Shown: positions 37,419-48,415 of the stretch, piece by piece
Numbering within the stretch: position 1 is the first letter of the stretch
Layout of the letters: each line of letters begins with the position of its first letter
Virus record (IMG/VR): IMGVR_UViG_3300045994_000147
Span: 2,909 to 66,908 of that record
Reading direction: 5' to 3' (one strand)
From: a virus
Length of the DNA: 64,000 nt
Notes under the pieces: model-generated
Databases searched by the model: none
Told to the model about the DNA's origin: nothing
The model's input: the letters and a program-made list of their open reading frames with translations, nothing else
Made by a program: the position numbers and the translations under genes

Positions 37419-39266
37419 TTATAAACTAACACTTTCGCTATAGCTATTAGAAGAACTATTACTAAATCCAGAACTAACAGAAGCAGATACATTCAGTGCT
37501 GACATTGAAGAAGCAGCTAATTGAGAGTAGATGGAGCCAGCAGCTTTCTGTGCTTCTAGAGTAGAACTATAACTCATTTGTAATGACTGTAAGTAGACCT
37601 TAGCATTCTCTATACCAATATCAGCTTTGTATTTATTTTGTGTTATTACATTCTCAGAGTTCTTTAATGCTAATTCTGATGCAGCCTTATTAGCCCCTAC
37701 TTGAGCTATATACATTTCAGCTTGCCCTTTATAGAGAGAGACGGCTGAGTCGTATATAGCTTGATCGGCTTTAACTTGATCTATGAATGCTTGTATATCA
37801 GCTTCATACTTCTTAACCTGTAGCCCACTAACTGCTATTTCAGTATCTGCTTTCTTAAGGGAAACATCAGATGATGCAGCATATGCTTGAACCTTAGAGG
37901 CAAAGGCTTTAACCTTACTCTCAAAGACGCTGACCTTAGCCAATTCACCTTTTATTTGTTCAGAGTACATACTATACTCTTCTGCTTTAGCTTTAACTTG
38001 AGTGGAGTAAGCTTCTATATCAGTTTTATATACTTCTATCTTAAGTGACTCAGCTTTAAGTTTCTCAGATACAGCACCTATCATAGATTTATAAATCTCT
38101 ACATTACTCTTAACACCTTCTAAAGTAGCTACATAGATTTTTATACTTTGTTCGTTGATATCGCCTTTTAGTTTCTCAGCATCTATCTGAGCTTTGAATA
38201 CTTCTATCTTAGATAACTCAGCTTGTACTCTAGCAGTATAGGCTACAGAGAAAGCTTTATAAGCCTCTACTTCACTGTTGTACTTATTAACGGCTATCTT
38301 AAAGATTTCTACAGCTATATCTTGTGTGTACTTAGCAACTTCAAATGCTCTTTGAGATATGTTGTTGTGTTCTCTGATCAAGATGTCTTCTAGAGCTATT
38401 GTTTGCTGGATAGATGTTTTGATATTCTCCTGTTCTAACTCAGCCTGCTTAATCATTATATCTCTAGATAAGCTTATGATCTTACCTTGAGTCTCTTGAA
38501 CTATATTGTCTAATGCAGACAGAGTAGATCCAGATGGTCTACTAAATCCTGAGGAAGCTCTATCCACTAATAGAGTTCTCTCAGCTAATAGAGCTGCTTG
38601 AGTTTCCCTGTCTCTACCTCTATTCCATATGGCTGCTTCTACCGCTGGGCTAAGTCCAGTACCACCAGACAACCTCTTCAATAACTCATCCTTTACTTTA
38701 GTTAATAGAGAGTCGGTGTATGCACTCTCACTAAAAGTAAATGTAATCCCCGGTATAACTAAAGTTGAAGTAGGGAATACCTGATCAAAGATAGGTAAGG
38801 CAACAGCTTCAGGAGTAGGTATGTTTAGAGAGAGTAAAGTAGGTACTGAAGGTAGAGCGGTATTAGGGGCTACAGGAAAGTCTAAGGTAGTATCAATTAT
38901 AAAATCTTTTACTGGAGCACTAATGTTTAAAGGATTAGGTACAGAGGGGAAGGATATAACTGGATCTGCATCTGTGAATGCTGGCCCAGTTCCTATAGAG
39001 ACAGTGGGTAAAGAGATAGATGGAGATGAAGGTAAAGTCTTAGTCCCTAAGGATATAGAGGGAGCTGCGGGAGCTGTGGGTATGTTTAAACCAACATTAG
39101 ATGTGGTGCTAGTAAAGGTAACATTTGGTGTGAATAGAGGAGCTGTGAAAGCTGTTAGTTTATCAGCAAATGCTCCAGCAGCTAGGAAGGAGGTATTAGC
39201 CCATTCCTCCACCCCATCTAAATAAGATCTAATAGGTACATTAGAGTCTATGATAGGCATTGTCAT
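37419..39266 (-). CDS. virion structural protein (Pro-rich N-terminus, long coiled coil)
   Basis: Repetitive Y/K/A helical heptads; late arm. Confidence 0.6.
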   Translation of the reverse strand: MTMPIIDSNVPIRSYLDGVEEWANTSFLAAGAFADKLTAFTAPLFTPNVTFTSTTSNVGLNIPTAPAAPSISLGTKTLPSSPSISLPTVSIGTGPAFTDADPVISFPSVPNPLNISAPVKDFIIDTTLDFPVAPNTALPSVPTLLSLNIPTPEAVALPIFDQVFPTSTLVIPGITFTFSESAYTDSLLTKVKDELLKRLSGGTGLSPAVEAAIWNRGRDRETQAALLAERTLLVDRASSGFSRPSGSTLSALDNIVQETQGKIISLSRDIMIKQAELEQENIKTSIQQTIALEDILIREHNNISQRAFEVAKYTQDIAVEIFKIAVNKYNSEVEAYKAFSVAYTARVQAELSKIEVFKAQIDAEKLKGDINEQSIKIYVATLEGVKSNVEIYKSMIGAVSEKLKAESLKIEVYKTDIEAYSTQVKAKAEEYSMYSEQIKGELAKVSVFESKVKAFASKVQAYAASSDVSLKKADTEIAVSGLQVKKYEADIQAFIDQVKADQAIYDSAVSLYKGQAEMYIAQVGANKAASELALKNSENVITQNKYKADIGIENAKVYLQSLQMSYSSTLEAQKAAGSIYSQLAASSMSALNVSASVSSGFSNSSSNSYSESVSL

Positions 39267-41062
39267 TATAATTTCCTTTTCAATTCAATTGGATAAAACT
39301 CTATAGATTCCATAGAGAATTCAGATGACTCGTTAATTAGTTCAAATTCAAAATACCTTCCAATTAAACCTTTACCTAAAGCTACCTTTTGAGTTTGTAG
39401 ATCGTTAGTATTTTTATTCAGTTTGTATAAAAACTCACCCTTACCGTCTACCTTTACTTTAAGATAACTGGGCCCAGAGGATGATTGACCTAAGTATATT
39501 GATGGTACTTGTTTTAAGTTTGATGTATTAAAATTGAAAGCCACAGTCTCTATCTCAGATCTAATTATAGTTCCATTATCTGTTGAGGATCCGTACTCAT
39601 ATAGCCCAGTAGAGTTATAGAATAAGTACTTATTAAACCCTTTAGCACACCCATCAAAATTATAGTTATTGTATGTAGATACACTATTAGTCTCAGGAGA
39701 CAGGAGGTATGCCAGATACTTATCTGTTCCTTTGCTACTAGATATATTTATTATAAAAGAATCTAATAACTTAGAGGATAGATCTGTAGTATTACTAACT
39801 ATAGAGGAATGTAATATAGTTTCGCTCAATCCAACAATACTAATATAACTATTAGATAATGAAGAAGAAGTAGTAATACTATCTAGTAAAGTCGATAATA
39901 GAACACTAAGCTCTAATGATGTGTGAGTTAAATTAACTACATCACTTATAGTTTTAAGTACACCATAATCTATAGAGTCTAATAGAGATATTGCATTACT
40001 TAAAGACTCTAATAGGATTGTCTTACTACTTAGAGAAGAGTTCTTTATTACGTAGTCTATTACATTTTCTATCTGTGTTATTAAAGAAGAGAAGGTAGAA
40101 GATGTTACAATACTCTCAGATATACTTCCGTATATAAGAAGAACTAATGAATCTAAGGTACTGATTACATCTACTAATACCTCTGAGGAATTTAAGGTAT
40201 CTACTGAAGTCAGTGATAAAACTAATGACTCTAATAAGTAAATTGTAGTAGAGAGAGACTCAGAGTGAGTTAATACTATACTCTCTGATAACAACTCTAT
40301 TTTAGATAAATAGTAATCTGGAACTGATAATGTTGAGATAGTTTCAGATACAGTATTAATATAATCAGCTAGATCAGATAACTCTGCTGCAGGGGCTGTA
40401 AAGTTTGCGGTATATCTATCAGCTCCATAGGTGACTCTAAAATCATCCATTTTACCGGGGAAGTAGATATTAGTGGCACCCCACCTGCCGTACCCTATAT
40501 AGAAGTTAGCAGGAGACTGACCAGCAGTTAAGAATGCTGAAGTAAGCCCTACAGATGTACCGTTAACATATATATAGGCCATACCAGTTTCTATATTTAT
40601 AACTATAGCTAGATGATACCATGTATTAATAGCTATAGTTGAAACAGGAGAGAATATTTGATTAATCATAGCTCCTGCAGTTGTACTACAGTATAGTTGT
40701 ACTGCACCTGTACTATATATACCGCATTGGATAATGCCATTACTAGATCCATCAGGGCCCATAAACCATATAGGGACAGCTGTACTAGCAGAGAGCGAAG
40801 TAGGGTATATCCATCCCTCTATAACCATAGATTGTGAGGCTTGGCTGAGCCCTGTGATCTGGAGTCTATGAGTGGTGCCATTGAATGAGCCACAAGCTGC
40901 TCCGTATTTAGGAGCAGTGGTTGTTAAAGGGACTCCTATAGTATTCACTATAGTTACTGTTGTGGAATACCCACCGTACCCGTTATTTGTGAATGTAGTA
41001 GAAGCATTAGCCCCATTCATGTGAAGAACTACTGGGACTTGATCCCTAAAAGTGTCTGCCAT
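39266..41062 (-). CDS. LamG/ConA-like domain tail protein
   Basis: LHMNG, IEGWIYP, TWYHLA, YVNG and GKMDDFRVT motifs; S/I/L-rich repeats. Confidence 0.75.
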   Translation of the reverse strand: MADTFRDQVPVVLHMNGANASTTFTNNGYGGYSTTVTIVNTIGVPLTTTAPKYGAACGSFNGTTHRLQITGLSQASQSMVIEGWIYPTSLSASTAVPIWFMGPDGSSNGIIQCGIYSTGAVQLYCSTTAGAMINQIFSPVSTIAINTWYHLAIVINIETGMAYIYVNGTSVGLTSAFLTAGQSPANFYIGYGRWGATNIYFPGKMDDFRVTYGADRYTANFTAPAAELSDLADYINTVSETISTLSVPDYYLSKIELLSESIVLTHSESLSTTIYLLESLVLSLTSVDTLNSSEVLVDVISTLDSLVLLIYGSISESIVTSSTFSSLITQIENVIDYVIKNSSLSSKTILLESLSNAISLLDSIDYGVLKTISDVVNLTHTSLELSVLLSTLLDSITTSSSLSNSYISIVGLSETILHSSIVSNTTDLSSKLLDSFIINISSSKGTDKYLAYLLSPETNSVSTYNNYNFDGCAKGFNKYLFYNSTGLYEYGSSTDNGTIIRSEIETVAFNFNTSNLKQVPSIYLGQSSSGPSYLKVKVDGKGEFLYKLNKNTNDLQTQKVALGKGLIGRYFEFELINESSEFSMESIEFYPIELKRKL

Positions 41063-41087
41063 TTTAATTCCTTATTAATTTAATCAT

Positions 41088-43373
41088 CTATGCCCATCCC
41101 ACGGGTGTTGAAAAGAGTGTATTACCGTTGGTAGGCCAAAGGTGATTACCACCAATACTTTGTGGCATTGACCACCTAACAGCTCCTGAGAAGCTAGACC
41201 TAATAGACAGCGGGTTATAGAAGAAAGGGTCTACATAAGTTACTCCTATTAAATCCCAAAGGTCAAAGTTGTATGCGGAGGTAGCTGCTGCACCTTTAGC
41301 TGATTTAGAGTAGATCTGTATGCCTTCAGGATAAAATGATGAGAATAAATAAAAATCTTCACTACGTGAATTGTCAGACTTATACTTATCTTTTAATGCT
41401 TGCAAGTCAGATGGTTGGTCTGGAGAGACTGCCCCCCAAAACGCTGGTCTACCACCTGCTAATACCTCACCAACGGCACTATCCCATCTAACCCCCCATC
41501 CAGCTCCATTAGGTGCAGGGTGGTATGACCAATACTCCTTTTTCCACCAGTTATAAGTTGCATAAGCATACTCTGTAGAGGTTTCACCAGATGAAATGGT
41601 ATAATCATCAGAACCTATGGCTACGGCTTCAGCATCATCGAAGGGTATTACCATACAAGTACTGTGTAGTCTGTAATAGCTTGCATACCTCACCATTACA
41701 TTAGTTGCCGGTGCAGAAGAAGCAGCTAATACATTATAATCATACCTAGCTGTTGGGTTTAAGTAGTCTATTAGTATTGCTGTATTATCTTTATTCTCAT
41801 TAAGAACTATTCTATACGACTGATACTCTTTATTAGTAGCTCTCTCTGAGTACCCTGTAAAGTTCATAGAGTTTATAAGTAGTCCAGAAGCATTGGTATC
41901 AGAAGAGGATGGAGTGTATTCTCTGTACCCAGGTTCTTGGAAATCCATTAATAAGTAAGAGCCTATTGAATCCCACCATCCTGGGAACCCTGTCTGAACA
42001 TCCTGAGTAGATTTAGTCTGTACACGCCCATTAACAGCAGTTATAATATTTAATATATCATCCCTATCATAAAAACAGTATATAGGGGCTGTGTAATCTC
42101 CTGATTTATTACCAGGAGGCCCTGAGGTCAAACACTGCATTATACTCAAAGAGTAGACTGGGCTAAATATCTTAGATTGCTGGTAAGGGAGATGATACCC
42201 TGTTTGTACATCTTCAGCAGATGATACATATGGGTGGTTTGTTAAAGTATCAAACCCAATAGATACTGTTACTAATTTAGTGAAGAACCCATAGGAAGTA
42301 GTAGCAGTATTGGTATTGTTATTATAAGTAGGAATGTTATTAACTTCATTCATAACTACTATTGATACCTTATCCCCAGTATTATTGAACTTCCATCCGT
42401 AGGCTATAGGATTAAATCCACTAGTATTACCTTGAGACCCTATTGGTATGTTATACCCTTTAGGTCTTAGGGTAGAGAGAAGATATGCCTCATCTAAGTT
42501 TTGTGTACCAGTTAAAACATCCACCTTACCTTTCTTATATACACTACCATCTTTAAGTGCTTTACTGGCCTTTTCAGAAGGAACCATCTTTCTAGCGTAT
42601 ATAGTTGCACCCATAGTTATTAGCCAATATTGACCATAAGGGTCTTTGTATAGTCCAGATGTATTTACTCCTGAATCTATCTTTACCGAGCGTAGATTAA
42701 AGTATGGATAAGACATAGGTGCACCCTCATCATAGGTATAATCAGATCTATTTGATCCATATATTGATTGCACCATTAGCCTGAGCTTACCTGTAAAGAT
42801 ACCGGGTGGGCACCTAGTTTGTACTAACTTCTTATCTCTCAGTCCAAAACAATAGGTAGGTACAGGTGATGTAAATACATAAGGATCACCAGTTATACCA
42901 CCGAACCCGGTGATCTCATATAACTTCTTCCCTGGACAGCCTACAGCCCAACTCTCAGCTCCATCGCTAATTATACGAGAAGGAGATGCGTTAATTAATA
43001 GGTCTGACGTATTTGTTGTAAAATCATTAAATCTAACTGTAGATGGTATATAACTAACTTCAGCCGCAGAGAAATTACTCTCATGAAATAAGAACCCAGA
43101 CTCCATATAGAAGTCATCAGCCTCTTTGATACTAGGCTCGTCTACACCAGTGATCTCTATTATACCAGTTCTCATCTTATACACATTATCTGCAGTAGTA
43201 CTTATCATTATATAAGTACCGTCTGGTAATAGTATTTTATCGTGTAAAAAAGAAATACCACCCCTATCAGCTTTAGAGGCTAATAGATTATATGATTGAA
43301 GGCTATATGATTTATATAACTTTGCATTATCTATGTTACCTCTAAACTTGATCGTGGGTGGTATTAGTTTCAT
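41088..43373 (-). CDS. putative tail/baseplate protein
   Basis: 761 aa, aromatic beta-rich; late arm. Confidence 0.55.
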   Translation of the reverse strand: MKLIPPTIKFRGNIDNAKLYKSYSLQSYNLLASKADRGGISFLHDKILLPDGTYIMISTTADNVYKMRTGIIEITGVDEPSIKEADDFYMESGFLFHESNFSAAEVSYIPSTVRFNDFTTNTSDLLINASPSRIISDGAESWAVGCPGKKLYEITGFGGITGDPYVFTSPVPTYCFGLRDKKLVQTRCPPGIFTGKLRLMVQSIYGSNRSDYTYDEGAPMSYPYFNLRSVKIDSGVNTSGLYKDPYGQYWLITMGATIYARKMVPSEKASKALKDGSVYKKGKVDVLTGTQNLDEAYLLSTLRPKGYNIPIGSQGNTSGFNPIAYGWKFNNTGDKVSIVVMNEVNNIPTYNNNTNTATTSYGFFTKLVTVSIGFDTLTNHPYVSSAEDVQTGYHLPYQQSKIFSPVYSLSIMQCLTSGPPGNKSGDYTAPIYCFYDRDDILNIITAVNGRVQTKSTQDVQTGFPGWWDSIGSYLLMDFQEPGYREYTPSSSDTNASGLLINSMNFTGYSERATNKEYQSYRIVLNENKDNTAILIDYLNPTARYDYNVLAASSAPATNVMVRYASYYRLHSTCMVIPFDDAEAVAIGSDDYTISSGETSTEYAYATYNWWKKEYWSYHPAPNGAGWGVRWDSAVGEVLAGGRPAFWGAVSPDQPSDLQALKDKYKSDNSRSEDFYLFSSFYPEGIQIYSKSAKGAAATSAYNFDLWDLIGVTYVDPFFYNPLSIRSSFSGAVRWSMPQSIGGNHLWPTNGNTLFSTPVGWA

Positions 43374-43389
43374 TTTATTATATTACTTA

Positions 43390-43899
43390 TTATACAGAAG
43401 AAATTACAAGAGTGTAAGTAACATTAAGCTTATCACCTGTTAACATCACCCTGCTAGATGAGAATTTAGATGCAGCAGCCAGAGTGCCTGTAGTCCCACC
43501 CTTAGTACTTGTATTAACTAAAAAAGCCCCATAGATAGTCACACCAGATGCAAAAGTAAATACAGCAGGGGAAGCAGTGTTTGTAATAGTTTTAGCTGTT
43601 ACTCCAGCTTCAACCCAAGAGGGTCTAGCAGCTTCTGAGTATTCACTTATAGCCTCAAGAGCAGCACCAACTCCGGGGAAAGTGGCAGCAGTATCAGCAG
43701 CGACTGGGGTATAGTTATTTTTAAAGATACCAATATACCAGTTGTTTAACTGAGTTCCGCCAGATAAGGCAGTATCTAGAATGTAAGTTAAACCTTGGTC
43801 GACTACCAGGTTAGGCTCCTTCCAAGTATCAATTACTTCCCCATCTCTAACGTGCTCGTAAGAGAAGATACCACCGATTTTTAAAGTTTGTTCGTTCAT
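43390..43899 (-). CDS. virion structural protein
   Basis: NLVVDQGL, YIGIF and GDKLNVTYT pattern typical of tail-associated proteins. Confidence 0.6.
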   Translation of the reverse strand: MNEQTLKIGGIFSYEHVRDGEVIDTWKEPNLVVDQGLTYILDTALSGGTQLNNWYIGIFKNNYTPVAADTAATFPGVGAALEAISEYSEAARPSWVEAGVTAKTITNTASPAVFTFASGVTIYGAFLVNTSTKGGTTGTLAAASKFSSSRVMLTGDKLNVTYTLVISSV

Positions 43900-43921
43900 T
43901 TATTTTCCTAGTTAAATTAAA

Positions 43922-45190
43922 TTAAGGTATGACAACGCCATTTCTTATAATAACAGATTCTACCATATCCCCTAGAACACTATTATTTGGATTCTCATTA
44001 GTTTTAAGTATAGACATATACTGGTTAGTACCAGAGTCCTGAAGAAACAGAGAAGTACCTAAATCAGCCTTTTCTAATTCTACGTTCTGAGATGTTAAGT
44101 TGATACACATTCCTTGATTAAAGAGTATGAATATACCCAAATCGCTAGACACAAGCCATTTGTACCCAGTGGGTGTGTTGTCCATGTGGATGTAGCTACC
44201 AGAGATAAGAGTACCAGTCCCCTTAATAATCTTAACTTTTTCCTTAAGTGATCTATTAAACTTCTCTGGCTCATTACCAGATAGATAATAAAGGTAATCA
44301 GAGGCTATCCACATACCATCCTCTACAGGCATGATCTCTAATATTTCACTAGGGAACTGATGGAAGTTAGTATCTAATCTATACCACTCATAACTATAAG
44401 GTTCAGAGTACCATAGTGTGCTCCCCTCAGCTATGTATAATCTACCTTTATAAAACTTAACTATCTGTCCGAGCGGAGCAGCATCAATGTTAAAAGTTCT
44501 TATAGGGTTTATTAGTTCAGCAGTTGAAGTTATGAAGTAGGATAACCCTAATGTCCCTATACCGGAGTAATAGAGTACTTCTCCATTCTGAGTAGAGCAA
44601 TAGACTCTGGCATATAAAATGGTAGGATCAGGATTATTAGGGATTGTAAAGGTTATGCCAGAACCTGACGGAACTGTAATAACAGAAGATCTAGATACAC
44701 CACTTTCTTTGTAATCAGAGTTTACATATGTGAAAGCTACTTGATAAGTACCTTCAGGTAATGCTCCAATCGTTTGAACTAGATTAGGATCTAATGGATT
44801 CTTTTGTATCCCAAAGGGCATTGGCCCATCAAGTGTTATAGTCCCATTGATTGTAGTTGAAGTATAGTATATAATATCATCTACTTCTTGAAAGGAGAGA
44901 GAGACATTACCTACACCAGCTCTAATTAGGGTAGTAGAGTAATCAGGGTTTACCATAACCAAATCACCGTTTCTTACTGCGTATGTACCTAAGCTGTCTG
45001 ATGTATATAGAGAGGAGTAATTAGCAGTGTCTACTTTAGTATAACCCTTTCTCTTATAGACATTCCCTGTCTTATCAATGTTTACATTAAGAGCTTTCTT
45101 CAGATAATTTAAATCCGTATTCTCAGGGGAGCTTACATTATTTAAACCTTTAAAGACAGTTAGGTTAACACCCTTACTATGATTAGGCAT
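43922..45190 (-). CDS. tail tubular/nozzle-like protein
   Basis: FKGLNN...ALNVNID..G...RKG start; YKGRLYIA...WYSEP; follows the adaptor. Confidence 0.65.
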   Translation of the reverse strand: MPNHSKGVNLTVFKGLNNVSSPENTDLNYLKKALNVNIDKTGNVYKRKGYTKVDTANYSSLYTSDSLGTYAVRNGDLVMVNPDYSTTLIRAGVGNVSLSFQEVDDIIYYTSTTINGTITLDGPMPFGIQKNPLDPNLVQTIGALPEGTYQVAFTYVNSDYKESGVSRSSVITVPSGSGITFTIPNNPDPTILYARVYCSTQNGEVLYYSGIGTLGLSYFITSTAELINPIRTFNIDAAPLGQIVKFYKGRLYIAEGSTLWYSEPYSYEWYRLDTNFHQFPSEILEIMPVEDGMWIASDYLYYLSGNEPEKFNRSLKEKVKIIKGTGTLISGSYIHMDNTPTGYKWLVSSDLGIFILFNQGMCINLTSQNVELEKADLGTSLFLQDSGTNQYMSILKTNENPNNSVLGDMVESVIIRNGVVIP

Positions 45191-45885
45191 TAAATACCTC
45201 CGTACTTAACAGTTCTATTAGATGTTCTTCTCTTCCTGATTGAACCATAAGAAGATACAAATGGGAACTCTCTATCGAACATAGCAGAGAAAGTGTCTGC
45301 CCTTTTAGGATCTAAAGTGTTTGCTTCATCTTTCATATAACATAAAAAAGCAGCATAAGATAGCATTGGTACTTGGAACTCTTCCTTTAACTCTGGAGAG
45401 GAATCAGGAAACTCCCAAGAGAGAGAGGTCTTAGGGTACCTGTAGATTAGGATATCTAACGTCTCATCTACCAAAGGCATTGGTGAGATTCTAAGAGTAT
45501 TATCTACATCATCTAATACATAGAATTGTATATCTCCTTGTCTGGTATTCATGTCCTTGAATTCCCATAGGTCACTTAAATCCCTTACTCTCAATCTAAC
45601 ACCATCACTACGTCTAACACCTTCAACCTTCATTACGTAATTAGGTAGAGAGTATAGATGGGAAGTAGTTGTTGCATTTAAAGTTATTAAATCTTTTACT
45701 GGATGAGTTCTTTTGTATACTTGTTTAATGGCTTCATTAATGTTAGCTGTTATTTCTTCATTCTTCCATCTTAGCTGTATGGAATCATAATCACTTTCAC
45801 TATAACCAGTCCAATCTACTCCAGTACCGCCAGTATCATCTAGAATGTTAACGCGTAAATAAGAGACTAATTCTAGTAAAGTCAT
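45190..45885 (-). CDS. head-tail adaptor-like protein
   Basis: MTLLEL..R..LDD, INEA and PEL.EEF...SYAA..CY.KD pattern. Confidence 0.65.
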   Translation of the reverse strand: MTLLELVSYLRVNILDDTGGTGVDWTGYSESDYDSIQLRWKNEEITANINEAIKQVYKRTHPVKDLITLNATTTSHLYSLPNYVMKVEGVRRSDGVRLRVRDLSDLWEFKDMNTRQGDIQFYVLDDVDNTLRISPMPLVDETLDILIYRYPKTSLSWEFPDSSPELKEEFQVPMLSYAAFLCYMKDEANTLDPKRADTFSAMFDREFPFVSSYGSIRKRRTSNRTVKYGGI

Positions 45886-45886
45886 A

Positions 45887-46276
45887 TTACTCTCCGGCTT
45901 CTTCGATTAACTCGTTCCAGATAGAATCTATGTAATCTTTCTTAACTGAGCGTTTAATAGCAGCGATAGCCTTCCTATGTATTAATCTGCCTTCTTTATC
46001 AACAGATCCCACTGGACTATTATATACCACCCTCAATGCTTCCTTATCTAATGCTCTTTGTGCTAATTCTTCTTGAAGCTTCTCAGCTTTCTTTTCTTCA
46101 ATGTAATCTTTCATTCCCTCAGTCTTCATTTCCTCTGAGAGTGCTCCAGCTGAATAGGCTTCTCGCCATAATACATCTGGTATAGAGATAAAGTCTTTTG
46201 TAATAACAGCCCCATGACCAGAGGTGGAACTAATAAAGATATCTTCACCTGGACTTCTAAAGTTTTTAAAATTCAT
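45887..46276 (-). CDS. hypothetical protein
   Basis: ORF in late operon. Confidence 0.6.
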   Translation of the reverse strand: MNFKNFRSPGEDIFISSTSGHGAVITKDFISIPDVLWREAYSAGALSEEMKTEGMKDYIEEKKAEKLQEELAQRALDKEALRVVYNSPVGSVDKEGRLIHRKAIAAIKRSVKKDYIDSIWNELIEEAGE

Positions 46277-46278
46277 AA

Positions 46279-46668
46279 TTAGAATAAGTTCTTTAATTTA
46301 TAGAGAGTAGAGTTATTTAAGTCTTGTAATTCATCTATTAGATTTTGAATCTCAGAGTACTGACTACAACTCTTTCTATTCTTATCTACCCAAGATCGTA
46401 CTTGTTCTACTAGTTTAATTGGATCAGAGGTTACTACGGAGACTTTAGGGTACTCCTCGATAATCCCTTCCCTACCTTGATATGCTTCGGCTAATGAATC
46501 AGCAGAATCTATTAATCCATCATAATAAGAATTAAGAGCCATATGTTGAGAGTAGCTCTTAGTTTGTAAGTGAAAGATATGCGCTTGAGTCCTTGCAGCG
46601 AATAGAATGGATATTAAAGTGGGCATTTTACCACTTGCTTTTGACGTAGTTTCCATAAGGCTCCTCAT
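46279..46668 (-). CDS. ferritin/Dps-like four-helix protein (DUF5856-like)
   Basis: HIFHLQTKSYSQHMALNSYYD...AEAYQG...QNLIDE...LYKL. Confidence 0.7.
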   Translation of the reverse strand: MRSLMETTSKASGKMPTLISILFAARTQAHIFHLQTKSYSQHMALNSYYDGLIDSADSLAEAYQGREGIIEEYPKVSVVTSDPIKLVEQVRSWVDKNRKSCSQYSEIQNLIDELQDLNNSTLYKLKNLF

Positions 46669-46670
46669 AC

Positions 46671-46729
46671 AAAAAAGCCACCCAGCTACAACTAACCAAG
46701 AATCCTCAGGAAGTAGTAGTGGGTGGGCG
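46671..46729 (-). terminator. probable imperfect intrinsic terminator
   Basis: GCCACCCAGCTAC...GTAGTGGGTGGGC hairpin followed by T6 on the minus strand. Confidence 0.5.
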
Positions 46730-46734
46730 TGTTA

Positions 46735-47139
46735 TTAGCCTTGTGAGAACTCTGCTCGGCCACTTACAACGTATTGTAATACGATTTCAGAAGCAGCAGC
46801 AATAACTGGAGTAGCGCCAGCCACAGTGATAAACAAAGTAGTTGGGGTAGTATGCTGATATCCAGGAGTTAACAAAGCAGTTTTAGCTACAGTAACTGCA
46901 GAGGTAGCAGCTAAGTAACGAGCAGCTGAACCTACGTCACCCAGAGCAACAGTAACACCTACAGTTGTACCAGTTTTTACGTTTAAATAACCACCAACAA
47001 CGATTGCGTTAGAAGGTAAATCAATTGCGTTGAAAGTGCCGATAGCATCGACTTCACCTTTGTTCGCAGTTGAGTCAAAGTTTAAAGGCTGAATAACAGT
47101 AATAACTGTTTGACGGCCTGGGTTTTTCTTAATTGCCAT
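46735..47139 (-). CDS. capsid decoration/minor capsid-like protein
   Basis: LPSNAIVVGG and LGD...ARYL motifs; directly after the capsid gene. Confidence 0.55.
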   Translation of the reverse strand: MAIKKNPGRQTVITVIQPLNFDSTANKGEVDAIGTFNAIDLPSNAIVVGGYLNVKTGTTVGVTVALGDVGSAARYLAATSAVTVAKTALLTPGYQHTTPTTLFITVAGATPVIAAASEIVLQYVVSGRAEFSQG

Positions 47140-47165
47140 TTATATATTTCCTATTGATATGTTGA

Positions 47166-47246
47166 TTAGCAGCCTTTCTTGCCTTTAGCCGGAGCTTTCT
47201 TGACAGGAAAAGGCATTTTGCTTGGTTTAGTTGGTTTAGTAGCCAT
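47166..47246 (-). CDS. 26-aa basic K/P-rich peptide (not in ORF track)
   Basis: GAGGG RBS; MATKPTKPSKMPFPVKKAPAKGKKGC. Confidence 0.55.
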   Translation of the reverse strand: MATKPTKPSKMPFPVKKAPAKGKKGC

Positions 47247-47314
47247 GATACCCTCTTAGGTAAGTAACCCCCAGTGGTGCGCTTCATAGAGAGGCGTAGG
47301 GGGTGTTGTTAGAT

Positions 47315-48415
47315 TTAGATAGCGTGGTCGATTGCTAATACACCGAAGTCTTCTGTGCTCTTATCATAGATAGAGTAGAATACTGGTTTCAAGAAACCGA
47401 ACATTTTATCAATGTTAATACCAGGAGAAGAATCATAGTTGAACCATTTTTCTGACCACTCAGGAGCACCTAAGTCAGCGAAGCCTAAGGCTTGTGAGCC
47501 ACAGACTAAAGCACGAGCACCATCAATAGTACCAAGAGCTCCCCATTTAGAGCCAGAAGCAGCGCCTTTAGTATTATAAACTAAACGATGTTCATGGAAC
47601 ACTAAACCATCAACAGTCAAGATTCCGCCTTCGAAGAAAGGGTTAGTCTTTCCACGATCAGCACCAGTCACAACAGCTCTTTGGTAATCTTGATCTTTCT
47701 TAAGTTGAGCTAAACCTTCTGGACGAATGAAGCAAACATAGTACTCTTTACCACCAGCATTCAAAGGTTTGATGTAATGGGTTTTAGCATAAACTACGAT
47801 ATCAACAATAGCTTTGTAGGTAAGAGTATCAGTAGCTAACATAGTAGAAGGGCTGCCTGCAATCAATGCGCCATTAGCACCATCCCAACGTCTCCATCTT
47901 TTAGTAGAAGGAGCAGTTACGCTAGAGGCGAATGCCAATGAAGCGAATGCACCAGAGGTACGAGGAGAACCATCGTTGTTGAAAGCGTAAGACACACCTG
48001 ACAAAGTTAAGAAAGCCAGTTGATCCATACGGTTTGCTAACCAGAAAGACAATCTTTCTTTAGCATTTTCACGGAAGGAAACAACAGTCTTTTGTTCTGC
48101 CAATTTACCTTTTTGACGTAGACCGTGAGAGATCAAGTCAATGGTAATCTTGGTGTTGTAAGTCTTCATTTCTTCTTCGTTGTTTTCGCGTTCGTTATCA
48201 CCAACGACACCATCTTCAACCAAGTCAGCTAACAGGTGCATGATAACCTGTTCGCCTTTTTCTGTTTTAGTTAACTCAGTGATACGTTGTACAACAGAAT
48301 CGCTTGAGCCTACGAATTTATTAATGAAAGTCAAGTCACGAGCTGCTTTCCACAGATCTTTTGACCAGACTAGTTTTTGATCTGCTGTTAAGGCAGCAAA
48401 GTTAGTTAATGCCAT
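47315..48415 (-). CDS. major capsid protein (N4 gp56/DUF4043-like)
   Basis: MALTNFAALT, ITELTKTEKG, DGVVGDN..E.NEE, FRENAK..L..W, NPFF.G and GSQAL; strongly biased codon usage. Confidence 0.88.
   Translation of the reverse strand: MALTNFAALTADQKLVWSKDLWKAARDLTFINKFVGSSDSVVQRITELTKTEKGEQVIMHLLADLVEDGVVGDNERENNEEEMKTYNTKITIDLISHGLRQKGKLAEQKTVVSFRENAKERLSFWLANRMDQLAFLTLSGVSYAFNNDGSPRTSGAFASLAFASSVTAPSTKRWRRWDGANGALIAGSPSTMLATDTLTYKAIVDIVVYAKTHYIKPLNAGGKEYYVCFIRPEGLAQLKKDQDYQRAVVTGADRGKTNPFFEGGILTVDGLVFHEHRLVYNTKGAASGSKWGALGTIDGARALVCGSQALGFADLGAPEWSEKWFNYDSSPGINIDKMFGFLKPVFYSIYDKSTEDFGVLAIDHAI

Noticed and set aside
38821-39225. Opposite-strand ORFs nested in long genes (e.g. 38821-39225, 54225-54644, 24735-25085, 15887-16228)
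   Set aside because: Antisense shadows of well-supported genes, with no motifs or RBS noted
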